Source: Candidatus Heimdallarchaeota archaeon (lineage in GTDB: Archaea > Asgardarchaeota > Heimdallarchaeia > Heimdallarchaeales > Kariarchaeaceae). From it: a stretch of DNA of 32,000 nucleotides. Positions 16,074 through 25,123 of the stretch are shown one piece after another. The notes under the pieces are model-generated. The model made no database searches. It had not been told where the DNA came from and saw only the letters and a list, made by a program, of their open reading frames with translations. A program made the translations under genes and the position numbers. The stretch lies in NCBI GenBank assembly GCA_030149205.1, contig JASBSB010000003.1:180001-212000 (forward strand), written 5' to 3'. Each line of letters opens with the position of its first letter. Within the stretch, counting starts at the first letter, position 1.

Positions 16074-17816
16074 CTATTCTTTTAATCTAGGATCAAGTGC
16101 ATCTCTAAGAGCATCTCCCATCAAATTATAACCTAAGGTCAATAAGAAAAGCACTAGAGAAACAAAGGTTACACCCCACCAAACTCCACCATAGATAACA
16201 GCGGGATCATTTGTATAATCTGAAAGATCATTTCCCCAAACTAATGTAGATTGAGAACCGAAACCTAGGTAGGCTAAAGATGCAACTGATTGAATTGTTC
16301 CAGCTACTCCCAGAGTGAATATGATTATCAATGTTGACATGGTGTTAGGTAAGATATGCTTCATAATTATTCTCATGTGTGAAGCTCCAAGGACTCTTTC
16401 AGCTTGAATAAATTCTGCTTCTTTTAATGCAAGGACTTCAGACCTCGTGTATCTTGCAACACTTGACCACCCAATCAGAGAGAAGATTCCAAATACCACT
16501 AAATAGTACGCCCCCTCTATAGGAATAAGACTAAAAATAGGACCGAAGGATGCGGAGATCATAATCAGAATAGGGATACCTGGTAAAACCATCAAGACGT
16601 CAGCGATCCTCATAGAAATGTTATCAAACATACCACCCAAATAACCACTGGCGGCTCCCACAATTCCTCCAATAACTACTGAGAGGACAGTTCCAAAGAA
16701 TCCAATCAATATTGAGAAGAATGTACCAAAGAATATTCTTGCAAAAATATCTCTTCCAAGATAATCAGTACCAAACCAATGAGCCCCACTAGGAGCTTTA
16801 TTTTTGATTGGAGTGTTTGGATAATTTGGATTCCAAATCTTGAAGTCGATTTTTATTATACCCTGAATGTTTAAGGTAAAGAAATCTTGAATTACCTCTT
16901 GAGTTCTGATTTGAAGATTAGTCAAAGGATAAACGATCAATAATATAGCAGCCACGAGGCCAACAAAAGAGAAGAACAACACCAGAATAATCCCAAGTAC
17001 ACCTACTCTAGATCTTTTCATTCTTCTCCACACAACAGCTAGAAAGGCACCATAACCAAAATCAAGAACTTTCTCTTCAAGACTGTGTGAAAATTCATCA
17101 AGCTCATTCGCTAGTCCTAAACCATCCTTATAAATATAAGATTCAAGGTCTATTGATGCATCCATTGTATAAATAACAATTTTCTTAGCTTTTGAAGAAA
17201 AGACTGTCAGCATACTCTCAGATTTCTTGACGACAATATCAAGGACACCAACCCAAGGAACGAAGTATTTTTGTAAATAAGGGTCTCTACCTAAGGTTTT
17301 AATGAATTTTAATATTCGAAACTCTTCACCACGAATACCTTCATCTGAGAGAGTTACTCTTTTCATTCCATATGTACGTAGTATCTTTCTGGTTAACCAG
17401 AATAGTAATATGGTAATTGAAAACCAGAGGAGTGAATATCTTAAGGCCTGAGTAGGGTCAAAGGGAACTGCATTACCATTGATGATTTTTGTGTAACTTG
17501 GAACAAAGGGGTGGTTAGAGTTCCAGCTAGCTAAGGCTTTATCTACTGAGATCCCTTTCTCAGTTTCTTTCAAAATGAATAGTTGTTTATCACTCGCGTA
17601 ATTGGCAGCATATTGTTGATATTGAACCTGAGATGAGATGAAGTCATTTATCCCTTCAATAAGAAATATAAGAAAGAATAGAGCGGCCAATGCAGTAATG
17701 ATATAAGGAATTAATGCAGTTACAGTCAGAATGACTGAAGACATTCTTGTATTGTATTGTTTATTCGGGGGGATATACAGTGTTGTATCTTTTACAAAAT
17801 TAGTTGAAGTTGCCAT
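16074..17816 (-). CDS. DppC/OppC-family ABC permease with a ~250-aa N-terminal extension
   Basis: APSGAHWFGTDYLGRDIFARIFFG, RSEVLALKEAEFIQAERVLGAS...KHILPN, LGDALRDALDPR equivalent. Confidence 0.9.
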   Translation of the reverse strand: MATSTNFVKDTTLYIPPNKQYNTRMSSVILTVTALIPYIITALAALFFLIFLIEGINDFISSQVQYQQYAANYASDKQLFILKETEKGISVDKALASWNSNHPFVPSYTKIINGNAVPFDPTQALRYSLLWFSITILLFWLTRKILRTYGMKRVTLSDEGIRGEEFRILKFIKTLGRDPYLQKYFVPWVGVLDIVVKKSESMLTVFSSKAKKIVIYTMDASIDLESYIYKDGLGLANELDEFSHSLEEKVLDFGYGAFLAVVWRRMKRSRVGVLGIILVLFFSFVGLVAAILLIVYPLTNLQIRTQEVIQDFFTLNIQGIIKIDFKIWNPNYPNTPIKNKAPSGAHWFGTDYLGRDIFARIFFGTFFSILIGFFGTVLSVVIGGIVGAASGYLGGMFDNISMRIADVLMVLPGIPILIMISASFGPIFSLIPIEGAYYLVVFGIFSLIGWSSVARYTRSEVLALKEAEFIQAERVLGASHMRIIMKHILPNTMSTLIIIFTLGVAGTIQSVASLAYLGFGSQSTLVWGNDLSDYTNDPAVIYGGVWWGVTFVSLVLFLLTLGYNLMGDALRDALDPRLKE

Positions 17817-17829
17817 AGTTTTCTCTCCG

Positions 17830-18786
17830 TTAATATTTTATCCTCGGGTCTACCAGACCATAAACAACATCTGCAATAATCAGCATGAAAATTGATAATA
17901 CAGCAAAAAAGAATGAAACTGCTGTCACTACAGGTAAATTAAATCTGAGACCTTCAATAATAAGTTGCCTTCCCACTCCAGGATAATTAAAGACTCTTTC
18001 AATAATTGCAGACCCACTTAGAACACCAGGTAATGACAAAGCTATAATCGTAACAAATGGCAGAAGTGCATTTCTTAAAGCATGCTTATATATCACAGTC
18101 CTTTCAGAGAGCCCTTTCGCTCGAGCTGTTCGAATATAATTCTGTCTTAATACATTAAGCATTTGTGATCTAACTAATCGGGTTGCGAAGGCAATACCAC
18201 TAATCAACATTACCAATAAGGCTGTAGTCATCGCGGGAATTTGATCAAACACAGTCTCTCCGGCTTTGGACAGATAAATCGGAAGTATACGTCCGTTTGT
18301 TGCATTTGTTATTGTAATGATTGCTACGATTCCTAAAATGAAGTTAGGAATTGAGAAGCCTACCAAACTTCCAAACAATGCAGTTTGATCAAATATTGAA
18401 TTATGATGCTGAGCAGCAACAATACCTATAATTGTAGATGTAACTATTGAAAGAACAAACGATGTTCCGAATAGTAAAATGGTATTACCAATGTAAGGGG
18501 CAAATAGGGTTTCAACTGGTTTATCTCCAAACCAAGACGTTCCAAAATCTAACCTTGTTACTATTGGATAAATCCAGTCCCAATATCGTTTATAAATTGG
18601 GTCGTTTAGACCAAATTTTTTTGCTAATTGATCCCTCTGACTTTGTTTGTTCTCATCTAGCCCAACAATATAGTTTATTGGGTCAATGGGTGTCAATGCA
18701 AACATAGCAAATATGAGGATTGACACTCCAAATGTCAGTGGAATAAAAGCAAGAGATCTTCTAAGAAAATATGCAAATAATGACAT
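17830..18786 (-). CDS. DppB/OppB-family ABC permease
   Basis: YFLRR, FGLNDP, LDFGTSW, RSQMLNVLRQNYIRTARAKGLSERTVIYKHALRNA, IERVFNYPGVG, DPRI. Confidence 0.93.
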   Translation of the reverse strand: MSLFAYFLRRSLAFIPLTFGVSILIFAMFALTPIDPINYIVGLDENKQSQRDQLAKKFGLNDPIYKRYWDWIYPIVTRLDFGTSWFGDKPVETLFAPYIGNTILLFGTSFVLSIVTSTIIGIVAAQHHNSIFDQTALFGSLVGFSIPNFILGIVAIITITNATNGRILPIYLSKAGETVFDQIPAMTTALLVMLISGIAFATRLVRSQMLNVLRQNYIRTARAKGLSERTVIYKHALRNALLPFVTIIALSLPGVLSGSAIIERVFNYPGVGRQLIIEGLRFNLPVVTAVSFFFAVLSIFMLIIADVVYGLVDPRIKY

Positions 18787-18841
18787 AGTTTTACACCAAT
18801 GAGAGCTTTAGCTCTTTCCTACCCCTTCTTCCGCACAGGTA

Positions 18842-18849
18842 TATTTAAA
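18842..18849 (-). promoter_or_regulatory. Putative archaeal TATA box for dppB-dppC
   Basis: Minus-strand TTTAAATA about 55 nt upstream of ATG 18786. Confidence 0.45.
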
Positions 18850-18935
18850 GACACCTTATATTCAAATCATTAAGTTTATGGTGTTTTAAAGGCCAACAAT
18901 GAAATTTACGCTATATTTCGAGTTCATTGGAACGG

Positions 18936-19181
18936 TCAATCCGTTTTGAGTTCTTTAAATAATATGAAAGAACCAACAACAATGCTAACTATCCCAGCGA
19001 TGAACCACCAAATTGCAGTCTCCCTTAACGGACGAAGTGTTACAGACCTAGACGCAGCATATATCAGACTTGTAAATAGAAACAAAATACCAAAAAGTAT
19101 CATAGAAAAACTTAGCCCCACAGTCAAAAAATGTTTTATTGCAAATTTCGCGAGTGAATTTTCAAATTGCTTTTCTGACAT
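18936..19181 (-). CDS. Small two-TM membrane protein, function unknown
   Basis: Two hydrophobic segments; TAATG overlap with the upstream ORF stop suggests translational coupling. Confidence 0.7.
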   Translation of the reverse strand: MSEKQFENSLAKFAIKHFLTVGLSFSMILFGILFLFTSLIYAASRSVTLRPLRETAIWWFIAGIVSIVVGSFILFKELKTD

Positions 19182-19927
19182 TATAATGTCCTCCCCTCAA
19201 TTAAATTCAACGCAGTTTCATACCAAATGTTTTCATTTGGACTGCTTTCAGTTAGCAATAGAAAAGTAAACCTAAATTTTTCATTTTCGGCCTTCAAGTC
19301 ATTTAACCATTGGGTATATAAAACGTTGGAATTTTTTAAATTTGATACATATTCTGGGATTGTTGGAATATCAACTAGTTTGTCATTTTCTTGATGTAAT
19401 TCGTTCTCAAAAGTTATTAGAGTTAAATACTGATTTAGTAAACCAATCGATTTTGAATTTGGCGGTAATGAATTCAAAATATCACTAATTGGATGAATTA
19501 AAACTCTTAATGAAAATTTTCCTCTTGGAGCTTCAGTTTTTTTAAAGCTGAAGTTCAAGATATCTAAAGTGGTTCTGGACATATCGGTCATATTTTGTAT
19601 GTCATAGGCGGTAGTTCCAATCAACAAATTTGTAAAAAGACCTACAAACTCAGATAAATCATTTTGAGGAAGAAGTTCAAAATCATTAGACTTAAAATTT
19701 TTGAATATTACACAAAATGATTTACCTAGAAACTTTAATTCTTCCTCTGTAAAACCAAAATTAAAATTTTTCATTCCAAAGTTTACTATCTCTAAAAACA
19801 AGTTTAGTTGGTCATCATAAAACTCGATTGCATTTCTTTGTAAAATTTGTAGACATTCTCTAAGCTCAGTTTCAGAAGAAGCGTTCTTCCATTTACCTAT
19901 TAAACTCTCAGAAACCATGAAACTCAC
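19181..19927 (-). CDS. Hypothetical protein (248 aa)
   Basis: Long ORF in AT-rich DNA with a GTGA overlap to the upstream gene and a TAATG overlap to the downstream gene. No family recognised. Confidence 0.75.
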   Translation of the reverse strand: MSFMVSESLIGKWKNASSETELRECLQILQRNAIEFYDDQLNLFLEIVNFGMKNFNFGFTEEELKFLGKSFCVIFKNFKSNDFELLPQNDLSEFVGLFTNLLIGTTAYDIQNMTDMSRTTLDILNFSFKKTEAPRGKFSLRVLIHPISDILNSLPPNSKSIGLLNQYLTLITFENELHQENDKLVDIPTIPEYVSNLKNSNVLYTQWLNDLKAENEKFRFTFLLLTESSPNENIWYETALNLIEGRTL

Positions 19928-21852
19928 ATTCTTTTTCTTTTATGGTAGGCGATATAAACACCCACTAGTATACCGGTTAAGATTGTCACAACATTTGAAA
20001 AATTTATAGGTAGTGAAGGAATTATGTTGTTTCCTCCGTTATTTGTTGGTGAAACCGAGTCTTTCACGCTATATCCTAAAGATCGGAAGAGGTCTCTAGC
20101 AACTGTAAAATTATATGGTATTCCATAAGCACCAGTGTAGTAGTCTGGGAAACCTCGAGAAACAGGGGAATATTGTGCTAACTGTCCATTTCCGAGGGAG
20201 ATAGTTAATTGAGTAAGATTTATCGCTGCAAGTAAAGCTCTTCTAATTTCATAGGGCCTTAATATTGGATTTTGATAATTTACTATTATGGTGGTCCCTC
20301 GATCTTTTGGCAAATAGTTTATTCTCTTAATTTCTGGTTTATTTTTGAATAATGAAAGAGAATCTGATGAACGACTATCAACCAAATCCAACCTTCCATT
20401 ACTAAACTGAAGAAACAAATTGATCTTGTCTTCTATGTAGGTATACGAGATTTTAGAAATGAGGGGTTTGGTAGGTCTTTCAATCTGAGGTGTTTGAGGG
20501 TTATCATTCCAATTTAAAAAGCTGCTACCAATCGGTTTGCTCCCGTTATATGATAGAACATCACTATCTACAGGCCACCAAAAATTGGGATTAGCTTTTA
20601 AATCAGCGACCAATCCAGCAGCATATGATAAATAATACATGGACCCTGAAGTCGGTAGAAGAGCAAAATCTTGCCACTCCTGACTTGATACAGGAGAAAT
20701 TTTATCATCATAAATTTTTCCTAGAACCTTTCCATTAAAGGTGAGCGTTGTATTTAACTTAAATTCAGGAATTAACATTTGATTTCCAAGATAAAACAAA
20801 TCTGACTGGCGAAATCCATTGACCTTAAATGAAAGGTTTGTATCGTTTTGAATTGAAATAGATTCTATTCTTTTTGTAAAATCATTTTTAAGAGATGCTA
20901 TCCAAGGGAATCTCAGAATATCAAATGTAAATTTCACATCTTTACTGGTAATTTTATGAATGGGATTTCCATTTAAATCAACCCAGCTAGCGTTCTTTCG
21001 AATTCCAATATTCCATGTATAAGAGCCATCATTATTGTTTGTTGTTTTATAATAGATACCCATATCAGGATGAGGGTTATATTGCTTATCGAACAAAAAT
21101 AGCTTAGGAAAAATTAACCTCTCAAGTTGTCTTTCCCCACTCGTAAGTGAAAACATTGGATTAAAGCCGGATGACCCATCTTGAATAACAAGTCTTAGTG
21201 TGTCATTTGCTCCTCCTCCATTTTTCTGAGTCTGTTCTATTGTGTTCCATTTTAACCCAGAATAAATAGAATTCATCAAACCAGAAATAGGGTCGTAATT
21301 TGTCAACCCATTCCAGGTAAACTGAACACCTAGCTTAGTTAATAGTGGTAAATCAATCAACCATTCTTGCATATATTTTTTCTGAAACTCAGCTAATACT
21401 GTTTGACGATTGGCTTTGTCAGTAGTTTCATAAGCAAGTTTTGTCAACTCATTTACCTGAGACATGTTAATTCCAGTGTTTTGAAGTCTTCTTGAATCGT
21501 TTAATCCAAAAACAATATTTGCGATAACTGAGTTTTGAGAATTATAAAGCGTGTATGGGATAGGATAATTCAGTTGACCATTATCAAAACTGGTAAGTGC
21601 AAAATCCCAAGTTTTCGTTTGTGAGTTTAGTTCAGACAAGAAGGTGATATATGGTAGCCCAACAATATTTACCTTGACATTTAATGGTTCCCAATAATAT
21701 TGAAGATTTGAAACCACAGATTTTAAGTTTTGATTGTCCGAGTTATATAATATCGTTACTGAAAAATTCTGTGTTTGACTATCCACTGAGTAGACTGATG
21801 GGTTGGTCAATAATACTAAGACAACAAAAAAGGCGAGATTCACCTTATACAT
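19924..21852 (-). CDS. ABC family-5 substrate-binding protein (third, divergent paralog), membrane anchored
   Basis: Signal peptide from ATG 21852 (MYKVNLAFFVVLVLL); FNP, PHPDM, DVKFTFD, GRLDLV, IRRALLAAIN; C-terminal TM plus HKRKRM. Confidence 0.85.
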   Translation of the reverse strand: MYKVNLAFFVVLVLLTNPSVYSVDSQTQNFSVTILYNSDNQNLKSVVSNLQYYWEPLNVKVNIVGLPYITFLSELNSQTKTWDFALTSFDNGQLNYPIPYTLYNSQNSVIANIVFGLNDSRRLQNTGINMSQVNELTKLAYETTDKANRQTVLAEFQKKYMQEWLIDLPLLTKLGVQFTWNGLTNYDPISGLMNSIYSGLKWNTIEQTQKNGGGANDTLRLVIQDGSSGFNPMFSLTSGERQLERLIFPKLFLFDKQYNPHPDMGIYYKTTNNNDGSYTWNIGIRKNASWVDLNGNPIHKITSKDVKFTFDILRFPWIASLKNDFTKRIESISIQNDTNLSFKVNGFRQSDLFYLGNQMLIPEFKLNTTLTFNGKVLGKIYDDKISPVSSQEWQDFALLPTSGSMYYLSYAAGLVADLKANPNFWWPVDSDVLSYNGSKPIGSSFLNWNDNPQTPQIERPTKPLISKISYTYIEDKINLFLQFSNGRLDLVDSRSSDSLSLFKNKPEIKRINYLPKDRGTTIIVNYQNPILRPYEIRRALLAAINLTQLTISLGNGQLAQYSPVSRGFPDYYTGAYGIPYNFTVARDLFRSLGYSVKDSVSPTNNGGNNIIPSLPINFSNVVTILTGILVGVYIAYHKRKRM

Positions 21853-21943
21853 TGAATAATTGTTCTTTTGTACCTTAATAAGTTCATCCTTATGAGCTCC
21901 TTTTTGGTTGCGGAATAATCCAAGCTTGATAAATTTTAAAAGT

Positions 21944-22144
21944 TCATTGATTGTAAGGTAATACTGTATCAATTAGATTGACCTGACTAATGATCATTCG
22001 TCTACAACAAACCTTTCTTAGGTTGAGCTCATCAAGTATGATCTTTGGATCTTTCTCTGGGTTTTCCTTGATCTGTCTCTCAAACTCTTCAAATTTGTCC
22101 CCAACAACCGTCCCACAGCTGAAACATCTAACAGGAATTAACAT
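21944..22144 (-). CDS. rpoN: DNA-directed RNA polymerase subunit N (Rpo10)
   Basis: MLIPVRCFSCG...CCRRM zinc motif. Confidence 0.97.
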   Translation of the reverse strand: MLIPVRCFSCGTVVGDKFEEFERQIKENPEKDPKIILDELNLRKVCCRRMIISQVNLIDTVLPYNQ

Positions 22145-22192
22145 AATTGTGTAATTGTGTTCGATTTTAAAACTATTCTGATCAAGTTCAAC

Positions 22193-22378
22193 TTAAAATT
22201 TTTTCTCGTATCTGGTGGTCCACTTTAATCTTCGAGGGTTTCTTTTCATTTCAACTAATGACACTCTACATTTTCTTGAACAGAAACGTAGAATTGAGCC
22301 ATCGATTTTCACATAAGTTGACCCAGTTCCCCTCTCAATATCTTTCCCACAAAATGAGCATTTATAGTTACGAATCAT
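22193..22378 (-). CDS. rpl24e: 50S ribosomal protein eL24
   Basis: CSFCGKDIERGTG...FCSRKC...RNPRRLKWT. Confidence 0.97.
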   Translation of the reverse strand: MIRNYKCSFCGKDIERGTGSTYVKIDGSILRFCSRKCRVSLVEMKRNPRRLKWTTRYEKKF

Positions 22379-22380
22379 AA

Positions 22381-22617
22381 TTATCTTCTCCTCATAGTTC
22401 TGGCTTCACGCTCAGTATCTTTAAGCATTAAGATATCTCCGAGCTTCACAGGTCCCTTTATATTACGAGTGATGATCCTGCTCTTATCTCTGCCTTCAAG
22501 TATTTTAGTTCTCACTTGAATCACCTCTCCTATGGTTGAGGCACGTCCAACAATCTGAATAACTTCAGCAGGGATTCCATCATCAGATTCAGACATTTTT
22601 ACTTCTTCTTCACTCAT
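22381..22617 (-). CDS. rps28e: 30S ribosomal protein eS28
   Basis: AEVIQIVGR...QVRTKILEG...[23 protein letters not shown]. Confidence 0.97.
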   Translation of the reverse strand: MSEEEVKMSESDDGIPAEVIQIVGRASTIGEVIQVRTKILEGRDKSRIITRNIKGPVKLGDILMLKDTEREARTMRRR

Positions 22618-22628
22618 ATTCGATCAAC

Positions 22629-22985
22629 CTATTTGTTCAACTCATTAATTTTGCTGACCAAACCACTGAGTGAGCTTGCTAGTGACTCTGCGTTTTCAAT
22701 TGCTGCAGAGGCAGTTGGTACTTCCAAACCGCAGGATTCACCGAGAGATTTTGCATTCGGTACAACGATGTAAGGGGTTCTTTTCTCCTTAGCCAAAATG
22801 GGGAGATGACGAACAATTTCTGGAGGTGAGACGTCTTCTGCAATTAATATGAGTTTTGCCTTTCCTCTTTCAACACATTTAGTAACCTCATTGGTTCCTT
22901 TTCTTACTTTTCCAACTTCACTTACTCTGTGTAACACAGAGAGCGCTTCATTAACAAGGTCTTCAGGATAATCTACCATTTTCAT
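22629..22985 (-). CDS. rpl7ae: 50S ribosomal protein eL8 (L7Ae)
   Basis: GKVRKGTNEVTKCVERGKAKLILIAEDVSPPEIV; the start could be 22985 or 22979. Confidence 0.97.
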   Translation of the reverse strand: MKMVDYPEDLVNEALSVLHRVSEVGKVRKGTNEVTKCVERGKAKLILIAEDVSPPEIVRHLPILAKEKRTPYIVVPNAKSLGESCGLEVPTASAAIENAESLASSLSGLVSKINELNK

Positions 22986-23175
22986 TCCTCTATTAGTTTC
23001 TGTTGAGGTATATTACCTTCATCAGGTAAATTAGAAATTATGACTGTAATTAAAAGGAATTAGATAGAAACACAAAAATTCATCCGAACAATCATGCAAT
23101 ATGTAATTGATCTGATTACTACTTATTACAATATTTTCAAGAAATACTTATAAGCCCATATTAAATTTATCCAAT

Positions 23176-23661
23176 ATGAGAAAACATCGGAACATTCTTT
23201 CTGGAATTCTTTTGTTAACTTTATTTGGAAGTACTTTTTTCGGTCTTCAGACAGTTTCTTCATTTACCACTTTCGAATGTACAACACCGACTATTACATT
23301 GAAAGTAACTCAGGGTTATTATGGAGATTTAGATGGTGATGGATTTGCGGATGATGTATTTAGCAGTGTCGACGCAAACTTATCCTGTGCAAAACGCTAC
23401 AACTTTATTTATAAAGTGACATTAACCTTACCATCTGGGATTAGCTTTTCAGACAGTCTGGGAATAAATACGAGATTAAATCACCTCATATTTTCCACAA
23501 TATTCTTCAATTCTGCAATTGAATCAGGCTTTTATACAGTAAAGGCGGAAGCACTCTTAAACACAGGAGGACAGTTCTATCACACAGATTCTTTAACCTT
23601 TGACCCACCAGGTGGTCATTCGGGAACTGGAACCTCATCAATTACTTCAGTTACATATTAA
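23176..23661 (+). CDS. Secreted hypothetical protein with a DxDxDG putative Ca-binding motif
   Basis: Signal peptide; GDLDGDGFADD; beta-rich composition. TATA-like CTTATAAG at 23147-23154 fits a leaderless transcript. Confidence 0.75.
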   Translation: MRKHRNILSGILLLTLFGSTFFGLQTVSSFTTFECTTPTITLKVTQGYYGDLDGDGFADDVFSSVDANLSCAKRYNFIYKVTLTLPSGISFSDSLGINTRLNHLIFSTIFFNSAIESGFYTVKAEALLNTGGQFYHTDSLTFDPPGGHSGTGTSSITSVTY

Positions 23662-23674
23662 TGAGGGGAATTAA

Positions 23675-24814
23675 ATTTCAAAAAGAACAGATTTAGAATA
23701 CACTGATCAAATTATTCTCCAGGAACTAAACAAAAACCCTGTAGATTCAATACTCAGTTTGAGTAAGATTATAAGGTTATCACATGTGTCTGTTCGTGAA
23801 AGAATTAAGAATCTCAAGCGAAATGGAATTATTCAGAGAGACAGCAGTATCACAGACCCATTATTCGGAGTTAGAACAACTTCAGAAGTTGCATCAATCT
23901 ATGATCCTAAGAGCATAGGATTAGAAAGAAAGCACGTTCTATTCAAAGGTATTCCAACTAAGAACCATTTAGATGAATTAAACAGATTTCTTAACATTCA
24001 TCCGTACACTCATTATCGAGCTTTTGGGTTTGGAAAAGATCCTGTCATATATGCACAGTTCGATATCCCTAATGGGACTGGGTCTTTATTTAATGAATTA
24101 CTCAATGAAGTTCACCTGAAAATTGGAACTAAAAATGAAATTTTATTAAACCAACAAAGTATGTCCAGATTTACACCTGAGTTTGAAAACTGGTCTCTTG
24201 ATAATCACACTTGGGAATTAACAGTTTTTCCAAATGAGCCTGAAAGCTTTTCCCATACTTTGGATGAAAAAAGAAAAGAAGATGATCTGATTCAATTGTC
24301 ATATTTACAGGCAAATTTGTTAAGAGAACTTACAATTAATGGCAGAGTAAGCAATCAAACACTTTCCAACATTTATAAAAAATCCACCTCAGTTATTTCT
24401 AGAAACTTAAAACTTATCAGGAACAAAATTATTTCTAACTACAAGCTCCTTTATAATACAAAGTTTTTCAAGCTAAATTCAATTAATCTGATTCATGGAT
24501 CATTTAAGAAAACTGAAGACTCTTACTGGTTAAGGTGGTTGTTAGAACAAAGCAAATTACCAGCAGAAATTTCTCTCTCTATTTCAGAAAAAAACTTTGT
24601 AATTGAGACTTTGAGTTCACCTCTGATGAATAGTACACTATATAAAAAATTATGGGATAACTCAGAACGAATAACTGCCATTCATTCCCTTCAAATCCAC
24701 CAGCCAGACACATTCTTATATTTCTTTTACCCTGAGAATTTAAGAACTAAAGGAAAATGGAAAACTAGTAGGTCATACTTTATTGAAGAACCTCTTGCAG
24801 AATTTTCTACGTAA
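23675..24814 (+). CDS. Lrp/AsnC-like transcriptional regulator with two winged-HTH units
   Basis: HTH1 DLEYTDQIILQELNKNP...SVRERIKNLKRNGII; HTH2 QANLLRELTINGRVSNQTLS...VISRNLK. The frame is open from 23675 and the track's TTG 23759 lies inside HTH1, so the start is uncertain. Confidence 0.75.
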   Translation: MSKRTDLEYTDQIILQELNKNPVDSILSLSKIIRLSHVSVRERIKNLKRNGIIQRDSSITDPLFGVRTTSEVASIYDPKSIGLERKHVLFKGIPTKNHLDELNRFLNIHPYTHYRAFGFGKDPVIYAQFDIPNGTGSLFNELLNEVHLKIGTKNEILLNQQSMSRFTPEFENWSLDNHTWELTVFPNEPESFSHTLDEKRKEDDLIQLSYLQANLLRELTINGRVSNQTLSNIYKKSTSVISRNLKLIRNKIISNYKLLYNTKFFKLNSINLIHGSFKKTEDSYWLRWLLEQSKLPAEISLSISEKNFVIETLSSPLMNSTLYKKLWDNSERITAIHSLQIHQPDTFLYFFYPENLRTKGKWKTSRSYFIEEPLAEFST

Positions 24815-25047
24815 TAAATCTTTTATTTTGGTTGAGAATTTTCAAAACTGAATTGAATACAAGAGCAATCAAACATCCGTTTTAGTCAGTTCTTTTCAGG
24901 ATAAGTTAGTTTTGCAAGTTTTCCCTTGAATTATAATTCTTCCTAAAACAATTCTGTGACGTTATTATGAATTTTATGTACGATAAGTTGATAAATGAGC
25001 AATAAATAATCTGATTTTCAGAGATATTGAAATTTTTTTAGGAAATA

Positions 25048-25055
25048 TTTATAAA
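25048..25055 (+). promoter_or_regulatory. Putative TATA box for the subtilisin gene
   Basis: TTTATAAA preceded by purine-rich GGAAATA (BRE-like), about 70 nt before ATG 25124. Confidence 0.5.
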
Positions 25056-25123
25056 GTAACCTAAAATAGTTTCATATTCTGCAAACGACTTAGGTACGAG
25101 ATTTGTGGAATGAGGAACTAAAA

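Noticed and set aside
21853-21972. 40-aa N-terminal extension of the third binding protein overlapping rpoN
   Set aside because: It overlaps the rpoN 3' end, and the signal peptide begins at ATG 21852.
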